NCBI RefSeq assembly: GCF_018977255.1
Contig: NW_024704743.1
Location: 88,042,001-88,106,000, forward strand
Source: Callorhinchus milii
Lineage: Eukaryota
Direction of reading: 5' to 3'
DNA: 64,000 bases
Below, one piece after another: positions 37,289 through 49,199 of the stretch. The translations under genes were made by a program, and so were the position numbers. Numbering within the stretch: the stretch's first letter is position 1; every line of letters begins with the position of its first letter. Under the pieces are notes generated by a model, which was not told where the DNA came from, ran no database searches, and was given only the letters and a program-made list of their open reading frames with translations.

Positions 37289-37982
37289 ACAACAACAACA
37301 ACAAGATTTCTATTTATAGAGCGCCTTTCACGTCGGGAGGACGTCCCAAGGCGCTGGACCGAGCAGGGGGGAAACGGTCAGGGTGAGGGGAGGGAAGGGA
37401 GGGAGCAAGGAGGGGGTAGAGAGTCGAGAGGGGAGCTGAAGGCACGGTCAAAGAGAAAGGTCTTGAGACCGGCCTTGAAGGAGGAAAGGGAGGAGGCGGC
37501 GAAGGCACTGGGGGATAGAGTTCCAGAGTCCGAGGGGCTGGGAGGCTGAAGGCCCGGCCACCGATGGTAGGGCGGTTGGGGCGGGGGATGTGGAGCAGAC
37601 CGGAGCCAGAGGAACGGAAGGCAAGTAAGTGGGGGATAGTAGGTCGGATAGCTAGGAGGGAGCAAGGCCGTGAATGGCCTTGTAGGTGAGGATGAGGATC
37701 TTGAATTCGATCCTCTGGGGGATGGGGAGCCAGTGGAGGCGAGCGAGGGTGGGAGTGATGTGGTCACGAAGCCTGGTGCGGGACAGTACACGAGCTGCAG
37801 AGTTCTGAATGACCTGCAGCTTGTGGAGGGAGGTGCCGGGAAGGCCGGCGAGGAAAGAGTTCCCATAGTCCAGCCTTGAGGTGATAAAGGCGTGGACCAG
37901 AGATTCAGCAGCGTGAGGGGTGAGGTAGTGCCGTAGTCTGGCAATGTTTCGGAGGTGATGGAAGGCGGTGCCAGTTGTGGCG
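37289..37982 (-). mobile_element. Young L2 3' fragment, close sister of 24132-27154
   Basis: HHLRNIARLRHYLTPHAAESLVHAFITSRLDYGNS...HWLPIPQRIEFKIL. Intact tail agcgccttgggacgtcctcccgacgtgaaaggcgct plus (TTG)n. Confidence 0.95.
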
Positions 37983-38718
37983 TGGACAGAGGATGTTCCC
38001 ACAGAATTTTTGGCAGCTTTCGTTTTAAAGCTTATTCTGTGCAAACCTCCCACTCATTGCAGGGAGAAAACTGGACAACGTCATTTTGCTATTTAGCAAT
38101 TTTTAAAAAATCTTAATTTAAAAAATAATTAAGGCACATTTTCTGTTACTTGACACATTAATGAATAAATTAATATATTCGGATTTGTTATCTAGTCTAT
38201 TATTGACCAAGGATTCATATTTCATTGTTAAACTGTCCATAATATTTAATGCACCTGAGAGACTTGTGTATATCGCATGTTAAAAGCTACAAGCAATCAG
38301 AGATAGCTGGGGTTTCACAGCACATTTTACATTTCAGTTTCCCCTGCTGCTTGGCAGATGGAGGAGTTGACACACCTGTTAAAGATACAAAACAAACCAT
38401 GTTAATAGGAATTACTTTAGGGTGTAGATTTTTACTGAAAAATTTTGTTTAAAAAAATTGTTCTGCTTTACATCTTACTGAAGAGCAGCTTTATATGAGT
38501 ATAGTTATGATTGGGACCTGTCTCATTCAATGCAAACTGCACCGTGATGGTTCAGTGATCTAAAATCTGGTTCCCTGGCAAACATGGTATTCAGCTATCT
38601 GATACTGCCTCTCATATTGGTAATGGAGTCAGACTACTTTATTCCATCACTGCTGATAATATGCCTTTGGAATAGAAAACTGATGGAAGGACAAAGATGA
38701 CTTCAAATGGTGGTGAGG

Positions 38719-39085
38719 ATGTCAGCCTAGCTCAGTTGATAACACTCTCGGTTCAAGGTCAGCGGGCTTTAGGTTCAAGCCTTGTATCGGGAGTTGAGCT
38801 CAGAGTCTATGCTGACACCAGTGCAATGCCTGCTAAATGCCCCCCCCTTCCCCCCCAACCATTCCACCATCGGCAGGCAGGCTTTCAGCCATTCTGCCCC
38901 CTCTCTGCAATTCCATCTCAGTGTCCATCTGTCTCGCTTGCTTCCTAGAATCTCATGATGTACCACTTTTACCCTACTTTCGGTCATCTTTCCCCTCACC
39001 CCTTGGGTTCTACCCACTCTTATATTCATTGAGCACTGAGGAGTCCTCCCGACATAAAAAATGCTACATAAATACAAATTGCTTT
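38719..39085 (+). mobile_element. DeuSINE head (38719-38830) joined to an L2 3' fragment (38836-39085)
   Basis: atgtcagcctagctcagttg...ctatgctgacaccagtgca, then ccaccatcggcaggcaggctttcagccattctgcccc...gtcctcccgacataaaa. Confidence 0.75.
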
Positions 39086-40139
39086 GCAAATAAGAGCATG
39101 CTACCAAAACACAATAAACTTAACTGACAAAAGCTGAGTAGCCTCCGTAGTGTTCATTACATGAGGAAGGTTCATGCCATGAATGTGGTACAAAAGTGAA
39201 TTCCATTGCCTTAATGCTGGTATTAAGTTGGTGATGTTACTGGAGGTATTTTGAGTAACTGAAGAATATCACTCTGCTGTGCCCTATCAGCACTCGTCAG
39301 TGTCTGTACATCAAGGTATCAGGAGCGATAAAAGGGATGGTAACTGCACCCCATAGAGACTGTCTTTTTACTTTGAATCTTACTAATGTATATTTTCCAT
39401 TTTAAAGTGCAGATATTTTATTTATTGATGCTGGATAACCTTTTCCTGCTCATTGAAGTGAGAGATGTCAGCTCTGAGGAAGCCAAGACATTTCTGTTGT
39501 TTGCACTTATCCTTGTAGCACATGCTTGCACTACTTAGACCCTATTAGGTTTACCATAGGCCGTATGTGTATTAAAGCTTCCTCTAATCTAACTCCGCAA
39601 TGTGTTTGTTTTTCTTGTAGTGGGAGGGTGATGCGAAGACTGATATGTACTTCTCACTTCTCATTTGATTTGCTCGTTTGTATTTTAACACCTGATATCA
39701 TTCAAAGCTCTGTGCATGCACACTAAGAAAATTCTGCACCAAATGCACCCAACTTCAAATTTAGGTGGTTGAAATATAATGTGGAAAAATGCAACTTTTG
39801 ATGTGATAATTATCATACGAACCAAAGATGCAGTTTTTTTAAAAAATTGACTAATAACGACACAACATCAGACTGGTTCAGTCACACTGAATGGCTAAAT
39901 GGCAGAAATGAGCACCTCATGTGCATGTGAGTGATTCAAAATATTTTGGTCAGCATTGCATTATGCATCGGAGCCCTATACAGATAAACCTCAGGTAGTC
40001 AGTGAGCAGAGACAACTATCAACCATATAGGTTCTACTATGGCAATCTAACCTTCTTACTTACACAGTATAACATTTTCACTTCTCACACCACCCACCCT
40101 GTAGCTTCTCTGAGTGAGGTTGCTCACTGGAGCCAAGTT

Positions 40140-40225
40140 GAAGGCTCTTTTATGCTGTGGATTCGAACCCAGCTCCCAGAATACGAAAGATCTAGGTTCT
40201 AATCCATTGCGGAACTTAGTTGCCA
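40140..40225 (-). mobile_element. Isolated old tRNA-derived SINE head (third type)
   Basis: Minus strand reads ccgcaatggattagaacctagatctttcgtattctgggagctgggttcgaatcc, with a perfect B box GGTTCGAATCC at 40159-40169. Confidence 0.5.
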
Positions 40226-41699
40226 GGGACCAGCGAATTTAAAATGAATATGTAAACGGTACACATTTTTAGCCAGTACCTGTTTTTTTGGAGAGAGCCT
40301 TTAACCTGTCTGTCCTTGTGCGTACTTTCTTGGACATGATTGTTTTATGGTTGATGGTTGAGGATGTTTCTTTAAAACCATCTTTCTAAAACGGCATAAA
40401 TGTTTGAAAGCATTTAAATCCATTAGGCAGATTATCTGAAGAGCTCAGACCCTTTCATGTTGTCAACTAAAACAGCGGTAGTAGAAAATAGCCTGTTCTG
40501 GAAACAGTAAAGTACAAATATAGAAGCCCTTTGGGAGCTACATTTCTTTTACAGCTTGAAGCATAAAACCCATTTTTCCATCACATAATATGTTTAGACA
40601 TGGACATCAATGATGTGGATTCTTTTATTTTATTTATAGACACACCTTTCTGTAATCGTATATCGCAATTGTTCGGTGTGCACAGTGTGGAATAAATGGC
40701 ACACTTCTCCATTTGCATTGGAATTTTAAAGTGCCCACTGCAAAATAATCGCCAACCAATCTGAAAGGTACTGCCGAGAGTAGCACCATTACATTTTTCA
40801 TTACAGACATCAAGGAGCAAGAAACAAACTGGCTTTATAAACATTTTTCAGCAAATTGTCTTTTCAAATGCTATTACACCTCAATTCACATCACAATCAA
40901 CCCAGCTTAAAGACAAACTGATACCCCTTTTATGAACTAACACCCACTCCTGCAAAATGTTTGCTCTTAATTAATACATCCAGCATACTGCAAGCTCCTA
41001 ACACAAACAGAATATGTTTGTGCAGCACTTTGATGTCAAACCAATTCTCCAATCCCTCTTTTAAAATACATTCTTAATAAAACATTTAGAAAATAAATAT
41101 ACTTGTAGAGTAAACAGAATACATATCTCTTAAACCTGTGGTGTTTATGGCTGTTCATTTCTCAGCCCCTTCCTCCTTACTCTAATGTGAATACCAGAAT
41201 CTCCTTTTTGTTTAAGATGATGCAGTGCCAAGCCAGAGAAAGGTTCAAGACTGTCCAGTGATATGCAAAGTGAAAGAAATATATAGTTAGTACTGCTTTT
41301 GTGCTGCACCCTGGAGCTGGTGCCACACTAAGATGGCTATTGTGCTGGTGCCACATTTGTATTACAGGGGTACATGGATAAAATGTAAAGTAATACAGAA
41401 TAGAGCTTGGCAATAATCACGCTGGTCAAAATTGGAGCAAGTAAGTGGATATGATGAGCTCTCATACTGCCACTGGTGCAAAATCACAAGGAAATTTCAA
41501 GATGGTGGTTGGGGCACTGACAAGCAGGGCAGGTGTAAGGCAAATGCATTAGCCTTCCAATAATTAAGGAATTTTAAGAAATTTGTGATGTTTCACAACA
41601 CGTGAGAGTGATAGTTATTATTATCTTGTGATAGTTATGAAATGCTGCAAATATAACCAGAATATTTAAAAACGAGTTAGAAAGTGTCAGAATAACTTG

Positions 41700-42400
41700 T
41701 TTCATTGCAATATCAATGCTCTTGAGAAAAGTTCCCCAAATGTATTATCCTGCGGATACCAGCTTCATGTTGATTGGATAGCAGTAAATGGTCAAAACAG
41801 TAATAACTGTAAACTATTTTGCTAAAGGACATCCATCCATTGGTGATCATTGCCAAGCTCCATTATGTAGTACCTTACATTTTATCCATGTTACAATCCA
41901 TCTGCTGTTCTTAGACCATCTGCTACTAGGCTTGATTTGTCCAGATGCCTTTGAAAACTATCAATCTCCCTTGGAGTGATTAGTTGGCCACATATCTTGA
42001 TCTTCACATCAAATGTGATATCACTAGTAATTTGTCCCCCAGATAGAGCCATTGACTGTCACCTTCTGCTTCCAATTGTCAATGCACCATCACATTTGCC
42101 ATTAGTTTACAATGCACATTCCTTAAATGACTTACAAGGAGAACTTTATTAGATGCCTTCTGAAAGTCCATACAAATTACACCCATTAGAAAGTGCTCAA
42201 TTGCTAATTTTGTTACAGTTACAAAGAATTGTGTCGATTGCAAGAGTCATGACCTATCACTTCCATGTATAACTATCCCTTCAAGGCCTTGTTGCTTTTT
42301 AAATGAAATGTCTCCTCTCTTATAAATTGTTCTGAAGCATTTTCTCCACTACCATTATTAAATTATCTTATCTGTTGCTCCTCACTTCACATCTCCCTTT
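41700..42400 (-). mobile_element. Heavily decayed CR1 RT fragment
   Basis: 42148-42180 on the minus strand reads VICMDFQKASN, comparable to IIYMDFKKAFD in the CR1 at 59615. Confidence 0.6.
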
Positions 42401-42404
42401 TTTT

Positions 42405-42548
42405 TAATCATCATCCTTGCATTTGATATAGTGCCTTATCACATCTTTGAGACGTCTCAAAGCGCTTCACAGGATTTACTGTAAAGTACAGTGACCGTGT
42501 CTTGTGGGTGAAATGCAGTAGCCAATTGCACACAGCAGTGTCCCAGTG
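42405..42548 (-). mobile_element. SINE 3' fragment
   Basis: atccttgcatttgatatagtgcc...gagacgtctcaaagcgcttcacag. Confidence 0.85.
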
Positions 42549-42557
42549 GATTGAGTA

Positions 42558-42606
42558 ACACACACACACAGACACACGTACACACATACAGAGACATACA
42601 CACACA
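42558..42606. repeat. Imperfect (CA)n microsatellite
   Basis: acacacacacacagacacacgtacacacatacagagacatacacacaca. Confidence 0.85.
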
Positions 42607-43039
42607 GAGTCTTGACTGAATACTGAACATTGAACACTGGATAAGCCTTGCTATTTTCCAGCCCTCAGCTAAAGGTTCTGAATTTATGCAATTCCTGAAA
42701 AAAAGAATATTACCTTGAGTTTTAATTTATTTATCCACTTCTTTCCCCAATTAATCGAGGCTGAATTTGTATTTGTATTATTATATTGGATCCAGTGGGG
42801 TCCATTTGCTCTCGGGGAACTTTTAGTGCTTTGATTTTTTTAATGACACAAGTTTCCTGACCTTTGGAATTTGTGTTATAGATTGATACAAATTCCATAA
42901 AGACATCCTTGTGACTGTATATAGAGTTTGTGTTCAGTCTTCATTTGTGAAGAATTTATTTAACTTCCTAACATTTTCTGATTTCTCTTAATATTTATTC
43001 CCACCTTAACCTCTAAAGTACGTATCTGCCTTTTATTCT

Positions 43040-43383
43040 GATAATCCTTCCATTTGATGTAGCACCTTATCATGTCATCAAAATGTTTCAAAGCACTTAA
43101 CAGGATTTTACTATAAAGTATAGTGGCTGTGTATTTCTGGGCAATAGCCAATTTATGCACCACATTATCCCACACAAAGCATGGAGTGAGACAAATAAGG
43201 TCACTACATTTTACAGTATATCCTGTGAAAAGTGCTATGTAATACAAATAATACAAGTTTAAGGAAACTGTATTTTATTACAGTCACTGCACTTTACATT
43301 CAATCATGTGAAGCTCTTTGAGACATCCTCCTGACATGAAAGGTGCTACATCAAATTCAAAGATTATTACTATTATTATTATT
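43040..43383. mobile_element. Cluster of SINE tail fragments in both orientations
   Basis: Minus-strand tail at ~43040-43175. Plus-strand tails at ~43200-43240 and ~43279-43383. Confidence 0.75.
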
Positions 43384-43596
43384 TAAGGAGCAGTCACGTA
43401 GTTCAGCTTATTTGTGCTTCAACTCTGATATTTGAGTTGTGTCTGGTTTGTTTTCTTTAATTCTGAAATATGGAAATTCTCCTGTGATTATATTATAATT
43501 CCCTGCATCTTCTCATGTTTATCTAAGTATCTCTACCAAGTTATTTACTTTCAACTACCTTCAGTAGAAGTTCTCAATTATCAATTGATTATCCTT

Positions 43597-43893
43597 AATA
43601 ATAATAATCCTTGCATTTGATATAGTACCATATCATATTTTCGAGATGTTTCAAAGCGCTTCACAGAATATACTGTAAAGTTAATTGACTGTATATTTCG
43701 TAGGCAAAACCCGGCAGCCAATTGTGCACAGCAGTGTACCACAAACAGTTGTGGATTGAAATGACCAAATTATTATGTTTTTTTCAAGGAATTTCACCCT
43801 TTTTTTTGAAGGAATTTCAACATTTCACCCTGCTGGGAATTGAACCCAGGTCGTTTGCTTGCGAGTTCTCTAACCACTGTGCTATAGGATTCT
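43597..43893 (-). mobile_element. tRNA-Ala SINE, rearranged middle
   Basis: Tail plus the head gggaattgaacccagg...ctctaaccactgtgctatagga. The middle is replaced by a duplicated tttt(c/g)aaggaatttca. Confidence 0.85.
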
Positions 43894-45450
43894 GCTCCAT
43901 TTAATATTACCAATTTCTATCCAAATTATTCTTTTATCTCACGATTCTATTTCTATATCTATTACAGTTCTTTTGTCAGCACTTATCAATAATTCCACTC
44001 CTCCATATGTACTAGATCATCTTTATGATAATAAATAATTGGGGTACATTTGCCCAATTAAATCAACTGCATTTATTCTAATTCTTCACAACTATATTTC
44101 TGTGATGTGCAAAGTGTGAGCTAATTCTGAACAAGTTTACTTCTAAAACTCTTTGCATTAATATAAAAATAATTTACCCTCCAAAACATCATTTTTATTT
44201 GATTAATTTACACTATTATATTTGCACTTCAATTAAAAATGGTTAAAAATTCACCCCATTGTTTATAATTTGTTGTGTTTCAGATAGATTTTAAAAGTTA
44301 TGCAGTTTATTGAAGCTATTGTATAATGTATGCAATGGGTTTTAACTAGGATATTAAAGTCTCCACTAAGCAGAAATATAGACTCACATTGATTTAGCTA
44401 ATATAATTGAATACAATGGGCTTAGGAAGAAAATTATTTGCGATTTCAATTGTAAAATCAATTGACTTAGCAGAAACATTCACTTAGCAAGCAGTTACTG
44501 AGCAGGCAAAATTCTAAGGTCCCTTGTGATCCAAAATGGATTTGATTTTAAGGAACAAATAATCCCGAATGATTTATTGTAAAATGTATAAGTGTTACAG
44601 CACTGGTGACCAAAAAGTAATCCTTGCAATTCAGATAGCACCATTTTGTTTGGTCTTACAGATGTCTGACACATGTAGAAATCTACCGCCGTGCTTATGA
44701 GTATCCAAACCAGACTGAGAGTTCCACATATGTATGCGATCGATGCATGGAAATTTTTCTGTGTCTGGAATGAGAAGTGTACTCTCTCCATGAGGGATGC
44801 ACCCTGTTTCTGGAGAGTATCAAGCACAGGTTGGTGAGAGCTAAGACTTGGGGGCCCCAGATTGCATGTTGTTTGTACTGCTGGAGTTTAACCAGCTAAA
44901 CACCAATTATTTCAAAGTTTCTGTGAAGTGTAGTAACTGAGTATTTGTAGGCACCCAGCAATGTCCCACAAATGGCCATACAGCAAATGACCAATTTTAT
45001 CTGGAGGGTTGCTGACCAATAACAAAATAATGAAAATATTCCACTTGTAATCTAAGAGGAAAATCTATTGTTTGACTTTGATGTCTGTACCCTGCTCTTA
45101 CATCCTACGATACAATGTAAGAATCTCACAGTTCATAACAAAAATTAAAAATGTGCAGAATTCATGCTCCGTTGTACTTTTCTATCTATTACCAATAATC
45201 TTGTATTTAGTACAGCGTCTTTCACGTCAGGAAGTCGTTCCTGAGTGCTTCACAGGCTATAATGTAAAGTGGAGTGACTGCGATTTGTGAGCAGTCCCAG
45301 CAGCTAACTTGCGCACAGCAATGTCCCACAAACAGTTATGAAGTGAATGACCAATTTTATTTGGGAGAATGTTGACCAGGAAAGCGGGAGAAATTCCCTT
45401 CTTTTTTTGAATAGTGCCATTGGATCTTTAATGTCCACCTGAACAGATAG

Positions 45451-45565
45451 ATAATAATAATAATCGTTGCATTTGATATAGCGCTTTTCACATCTTCTAG
45501 ACGTCTCAAAACACTTCACAGAATATACTGTAAAGTGAATTGACTGTATATTTTTGACTGTATAT
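45451..45565 (-). mobile_element. 5'-truncated tRNA-Ala-family SINE (TAGAA loop)
   Basis: ataataataataatcgttgcatttgatatagcgcttttcacatcttctagacgtctc. Confidence 0.9.
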
Positions 45566-45575
45566 ATGGGATCTC

Positions 45576-45893
45576 GTGGAGTCCTGTAGCTCAGTGGTTA
45601 GAGCACTCGCTTTGCAAGCGAGAGACCTGAGTTCAATTCCAGGCAGGGCGAAACCTTGGGCAAGTTTCCTTACTCCACACAGAGCCTAATAATAATCCCT
45701 CCAAAACCAAAAACAATAATAAATTGGTCATTTTCAATCTACGACTGTTTGTGGGACATTGCTGTGCGCAATTGGCTGCCGCGTTCGCCCACAAATATAT
45801 AGTTAATTCACTTTACAGTGTGTTCTGTGAAGCGCTTTGGGACGTCCTCCCGACGTGAAAAGCGCTATATCAAACGCAAGGATTATTATTATT
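45576..45893 (+). mobile_element. Full-length young tRNA-Ala-derived SINE
   Basis: Head is gtggagtcctgtagctcagtggttagagcactcgctttgcaagcgagagacctgagttcaattcc. (ATT)n tail. TSD ATCTC at 45571-45575 and 45894-45898. Confidence 0.96.
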
Positions 45894-48162
45894 ATCTCAG
45901 TCTAACATTTCATACAAAGGATGACACCTACAGCAATGGAACAGACCACCAGCACTGATTGTTATCTTAGACTATATGAGTTCCAAATCCTGATGTGTGG
46001 CTTGAGGCAAGAATGCTACCAATTGAGCCTGCCTGACACACTAATTTACCATTACTAAATTGTCTCCTTTGGAACCAAGCTCTAGCAATAGATTAATCTA
46101 TCATCAACGCTGTTCCATATTATCCAAGAAAAAAATATATTCTATATTCATTGTGCAAAAAACCCCACAAATTATAGAATGCCACCACTATCAGTTAACA
46201 GTGCCTGAAGTCCTGCTGGACTAATAGGAAGTAACCAAGTTCAAACCACAATTGGTCAAGCTTCAGCTGGGTAGTCAGTCAAGCATTCCCCCTTTTCAGT
46301 ATCAATATTTTATGACTTGTCTAAACGTTGCTTCTCAAGATGCTGGTTGCTTTCCCTTGGGCATGTTGTATGAGCACCTCTGTCTGAAGTCCTTTTCACA
46401 TCCACTGCATATCTTACCTACTTTCAAAACCTTTCTCTCGCAGTTTGGAGCAAGGCCCATTACTGTGTGTGCAATGTGGAAATTATTAACTTCTCTGGAT
46501 TGTGAACTGCCAAGTGCTTGCCACTTCTTGAAAATGAAACCTGCCATTTATTTGTGTGCTTCAGTCAGAAAGTGTTTTTTAAAAAAATTGATTTGGTTGA
46601 AAGGTTTGTTGCAGAGCCCACGTAATGGAGTTTAGATCAGGTTCCGTGGTTGCCCTTTCTTGTAAACAACGTACATGCAAGTTCATTAAAAATTAAAGTG
46701 CGCTGGTGTCTATTAATGTTGTCGGACAGTTGAAATATGTCTGATAGATTTATTCTGCTATAAAGGAGCCATATCCCATTGTCTCCTGGGATACACTCCA
46801 GCTGTTTAGACTATAATTCCATCACTGGCAGAAATGGTTAGGGCAGACCTCTCTGAAATGTCTTCATTTCAGCCTTGCCTATAAATTGCAAATGAGGCCT
46901 TTTGTAATAATGTTAAAATATGCATGTGCAGGAATTAAGGTAGCTTGGGTCACCAGCAAAGCCTCAAGAAAGGATCACAGGAAGCTAAGGAGCAGCTGGC
47001 AGATACAGTCCAAAAACTTACATACCCAGAGGTTGTTGATATGATTTTTTTCTTTTTTCTTCCCCTCCCTCACCCCCAATCTTTTGCAGAAGAACAGAGT
47101 TTGAATGATTTATAGCTGTCTGTGTAAATCTTAGTCAAAATAACGTGTTTTCAACGGGTTTCTTTGTACTGCAGCCTTGTTTGTTCTTCATGTATTTGAT
47201 CCCATGTTGCACCAGAGAGCGTACTGAGAGGATTATCATTTCCCTTTTTGCTCGCTCGATGCACTTGTCCTGATCTTACCAATATTTATTTTTCTTTTTA
47301 TATAAAAAAAATGAGGAATTGAAATATTCGCACTGTTTTTTTTCAAATGAATTCAAGATATTAACAGTGATGCTCCACTTGATTTATTATGGATTCAAGG
47401 ATTCAAATTGATTTTCAGAATAGAATTCTCTTGTATTTTAGTGGAGCTATTATCTCGAAGCATAGATTTTTTTAAAAAGACGCTATTCTAGTATTCAGCT
47501 CAATATTCTTTATTATTGTGAACGTATCTAGAGTAATTTAAGAAGATTAATTCTCGGACTGAACACCACCCACAACTCGTTCAGTCTGGGGGTCAAATGG
47601 GCAGCTGCAAGAACTGCTCTGCTAATTATAAGGATTCAGCATTCGCTAATAGAATCTTTCTCTGCAACCAGCAGATGTGTGTTCACTCATGCAGATTATT
47701 AATTCCGCCTTTACCTCAGCTGCAGTTTCTGCTGTGCTGAGCAGAATCGACTGATAGAACTGTCAGTTATCAGCAGAGTGATGCTGCCAGAGAGTGAGAG
47801 GAACTGAGAAGGGGGGAGGGCAAAATATTCATTTAATCACAGGTGTATCTAACCTAGAATCTACCTCCATGCTTTCTATGCACTCCCAAACAATTAAACT
47901 TCAATTTTTGAAGTCATTAATCTGTAAGCAACATAGCAAGATCTAATTCATGCCTGTCAGGAGCAATGGACAGAAACTAATATGAAGATAATTGCAATAT
48001 TAAAAAAATTCAGCATCCTTCTGGTCATATGCTTTTATTAACAAACATTTGATCTGGAATTTATCATATAACACAATTAAAAATAACATTGGTCATCTAT
48101 GACATTGAATATTTCTTATAGGTCATGCCCTTAACTCATTACCCAAATATATTGGATGAATA

Positions 48163-48597
48163 ACAATAATAATAGTAATAGTAATAATAGTCCTTACATT
48201 TGGTAAAACGCCTTTCACACCAGGAAGACATCTCAAAGCACTTGACAGGTTGTACTGTAGAGGGTAATGACTGTGTATTTGTAAAGAATTGCAGCAGCTG
48301 ATTTGCACATACCAATGTCCATTAAATGAATGACCAAATTTATTTGGGGGATTATCAACCAGGAAATTGAGAGAAACTCCCTTCTCTTTTCAAATATTAC
48401 CATGGGATATATATCATCCACATGACCAGGTAGATGGGAGCTTGATTTAATATCACCAATGAAGGGTAGAACCTCCAAAGAACTATATTGCAGTGCCAGC
48501 CTAGACCGTGACTTCAAAGTTCCTACTTAGGGTTGAACCCACAACCTTCACATTCATAGTTGAGAGTGTGAGAGACTAGCCAAGCCAGGCTGACACC
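48163..48597 (-). mobile_element. DeuSINE-like SINE, full length
   Basis: Tail, Deu-like middle, and head ggtgtcagcctggcttggctag...gaaggttgtgggttcaaccc on the minus strand. Confidence 0.85.
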
Positions 48598-48616
48598 TGA
48601 AATCAAACAGCATTGT

Positions 48617-48728
48617 AATAATATAATAAACCTTGCATTTGATATAGGGCCTTATCACATCGTTGAGACATCTCAAAGCACTTCACAGAATTTACTGTAA
48701 CGTGAATTGACTGTGTATTTTATGGGCC
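48617..48728 (-). mobile_element. SINE 3' fragment
   Basis: ccttgcatttgatatagggccttatcacatcgttgagacatctcaaagc. Confidence 0.85.
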
Positions 48729-49199
48729 CAATTAGTTTTCTTGCGAGTTTCAAATAACAAATTTTAATTCTTATAAAAATGTAATGACTTTAAATTGATA
48801 TAAATGCAATTTTGGGGCTCCCAATAAAAACAAAGACAGCTTTTAAATGGAGAGAGAATTGATGTTGTGTGTTTTTTTTATTTAATTTTAAAATTTGGTC
48901 TACACAGAGAAAGATCCCATCAAATCTTTACCCTCTCACCAATGTATCTCCTCTTGCAGTTGTCAGCTAGCGCAGACAATATGCATCTCATTTTAACTAA
49001 TCATGCTTCAGTTCACCCCTTGTAAACGCTACCTTCTGAATGACATCATGATAGAAGCATGTTAGGTGTTGAGAGATGATTGTATAGTCTGTGGACATAG
49101 TAGTGGGGAAATGGTGCATTATTTCCTGTGTATACTGCTTTACTGGTGACTAATTGATGATGTTTTCTTGTGACTTTAATAAACAATACAGAATGCAAC

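Larger units (their letters stand above)
45194..46039 (-). mobile_element. DeuSINE-like SINE split by two younger SINE insertions
   Basis: Removing 45451-45565 and 45576-45898 restores ccacctgaacagatagatgggatctcagtctaacatttcat. Head ends at aattgagcctgcctgacac. Confidence 0.85.

Noticed and set aside
45580..45651. Genuine tRNA-Ala genes (also ~11955-12024, ~26920-26993, ~7045-7114, ~52003-52075)
   Set aside because: Each is fused to the same SINE body and (ATT)n tail, several have TSDs, the T stem is disrupted, and there is no adjacent poly-T terminator.
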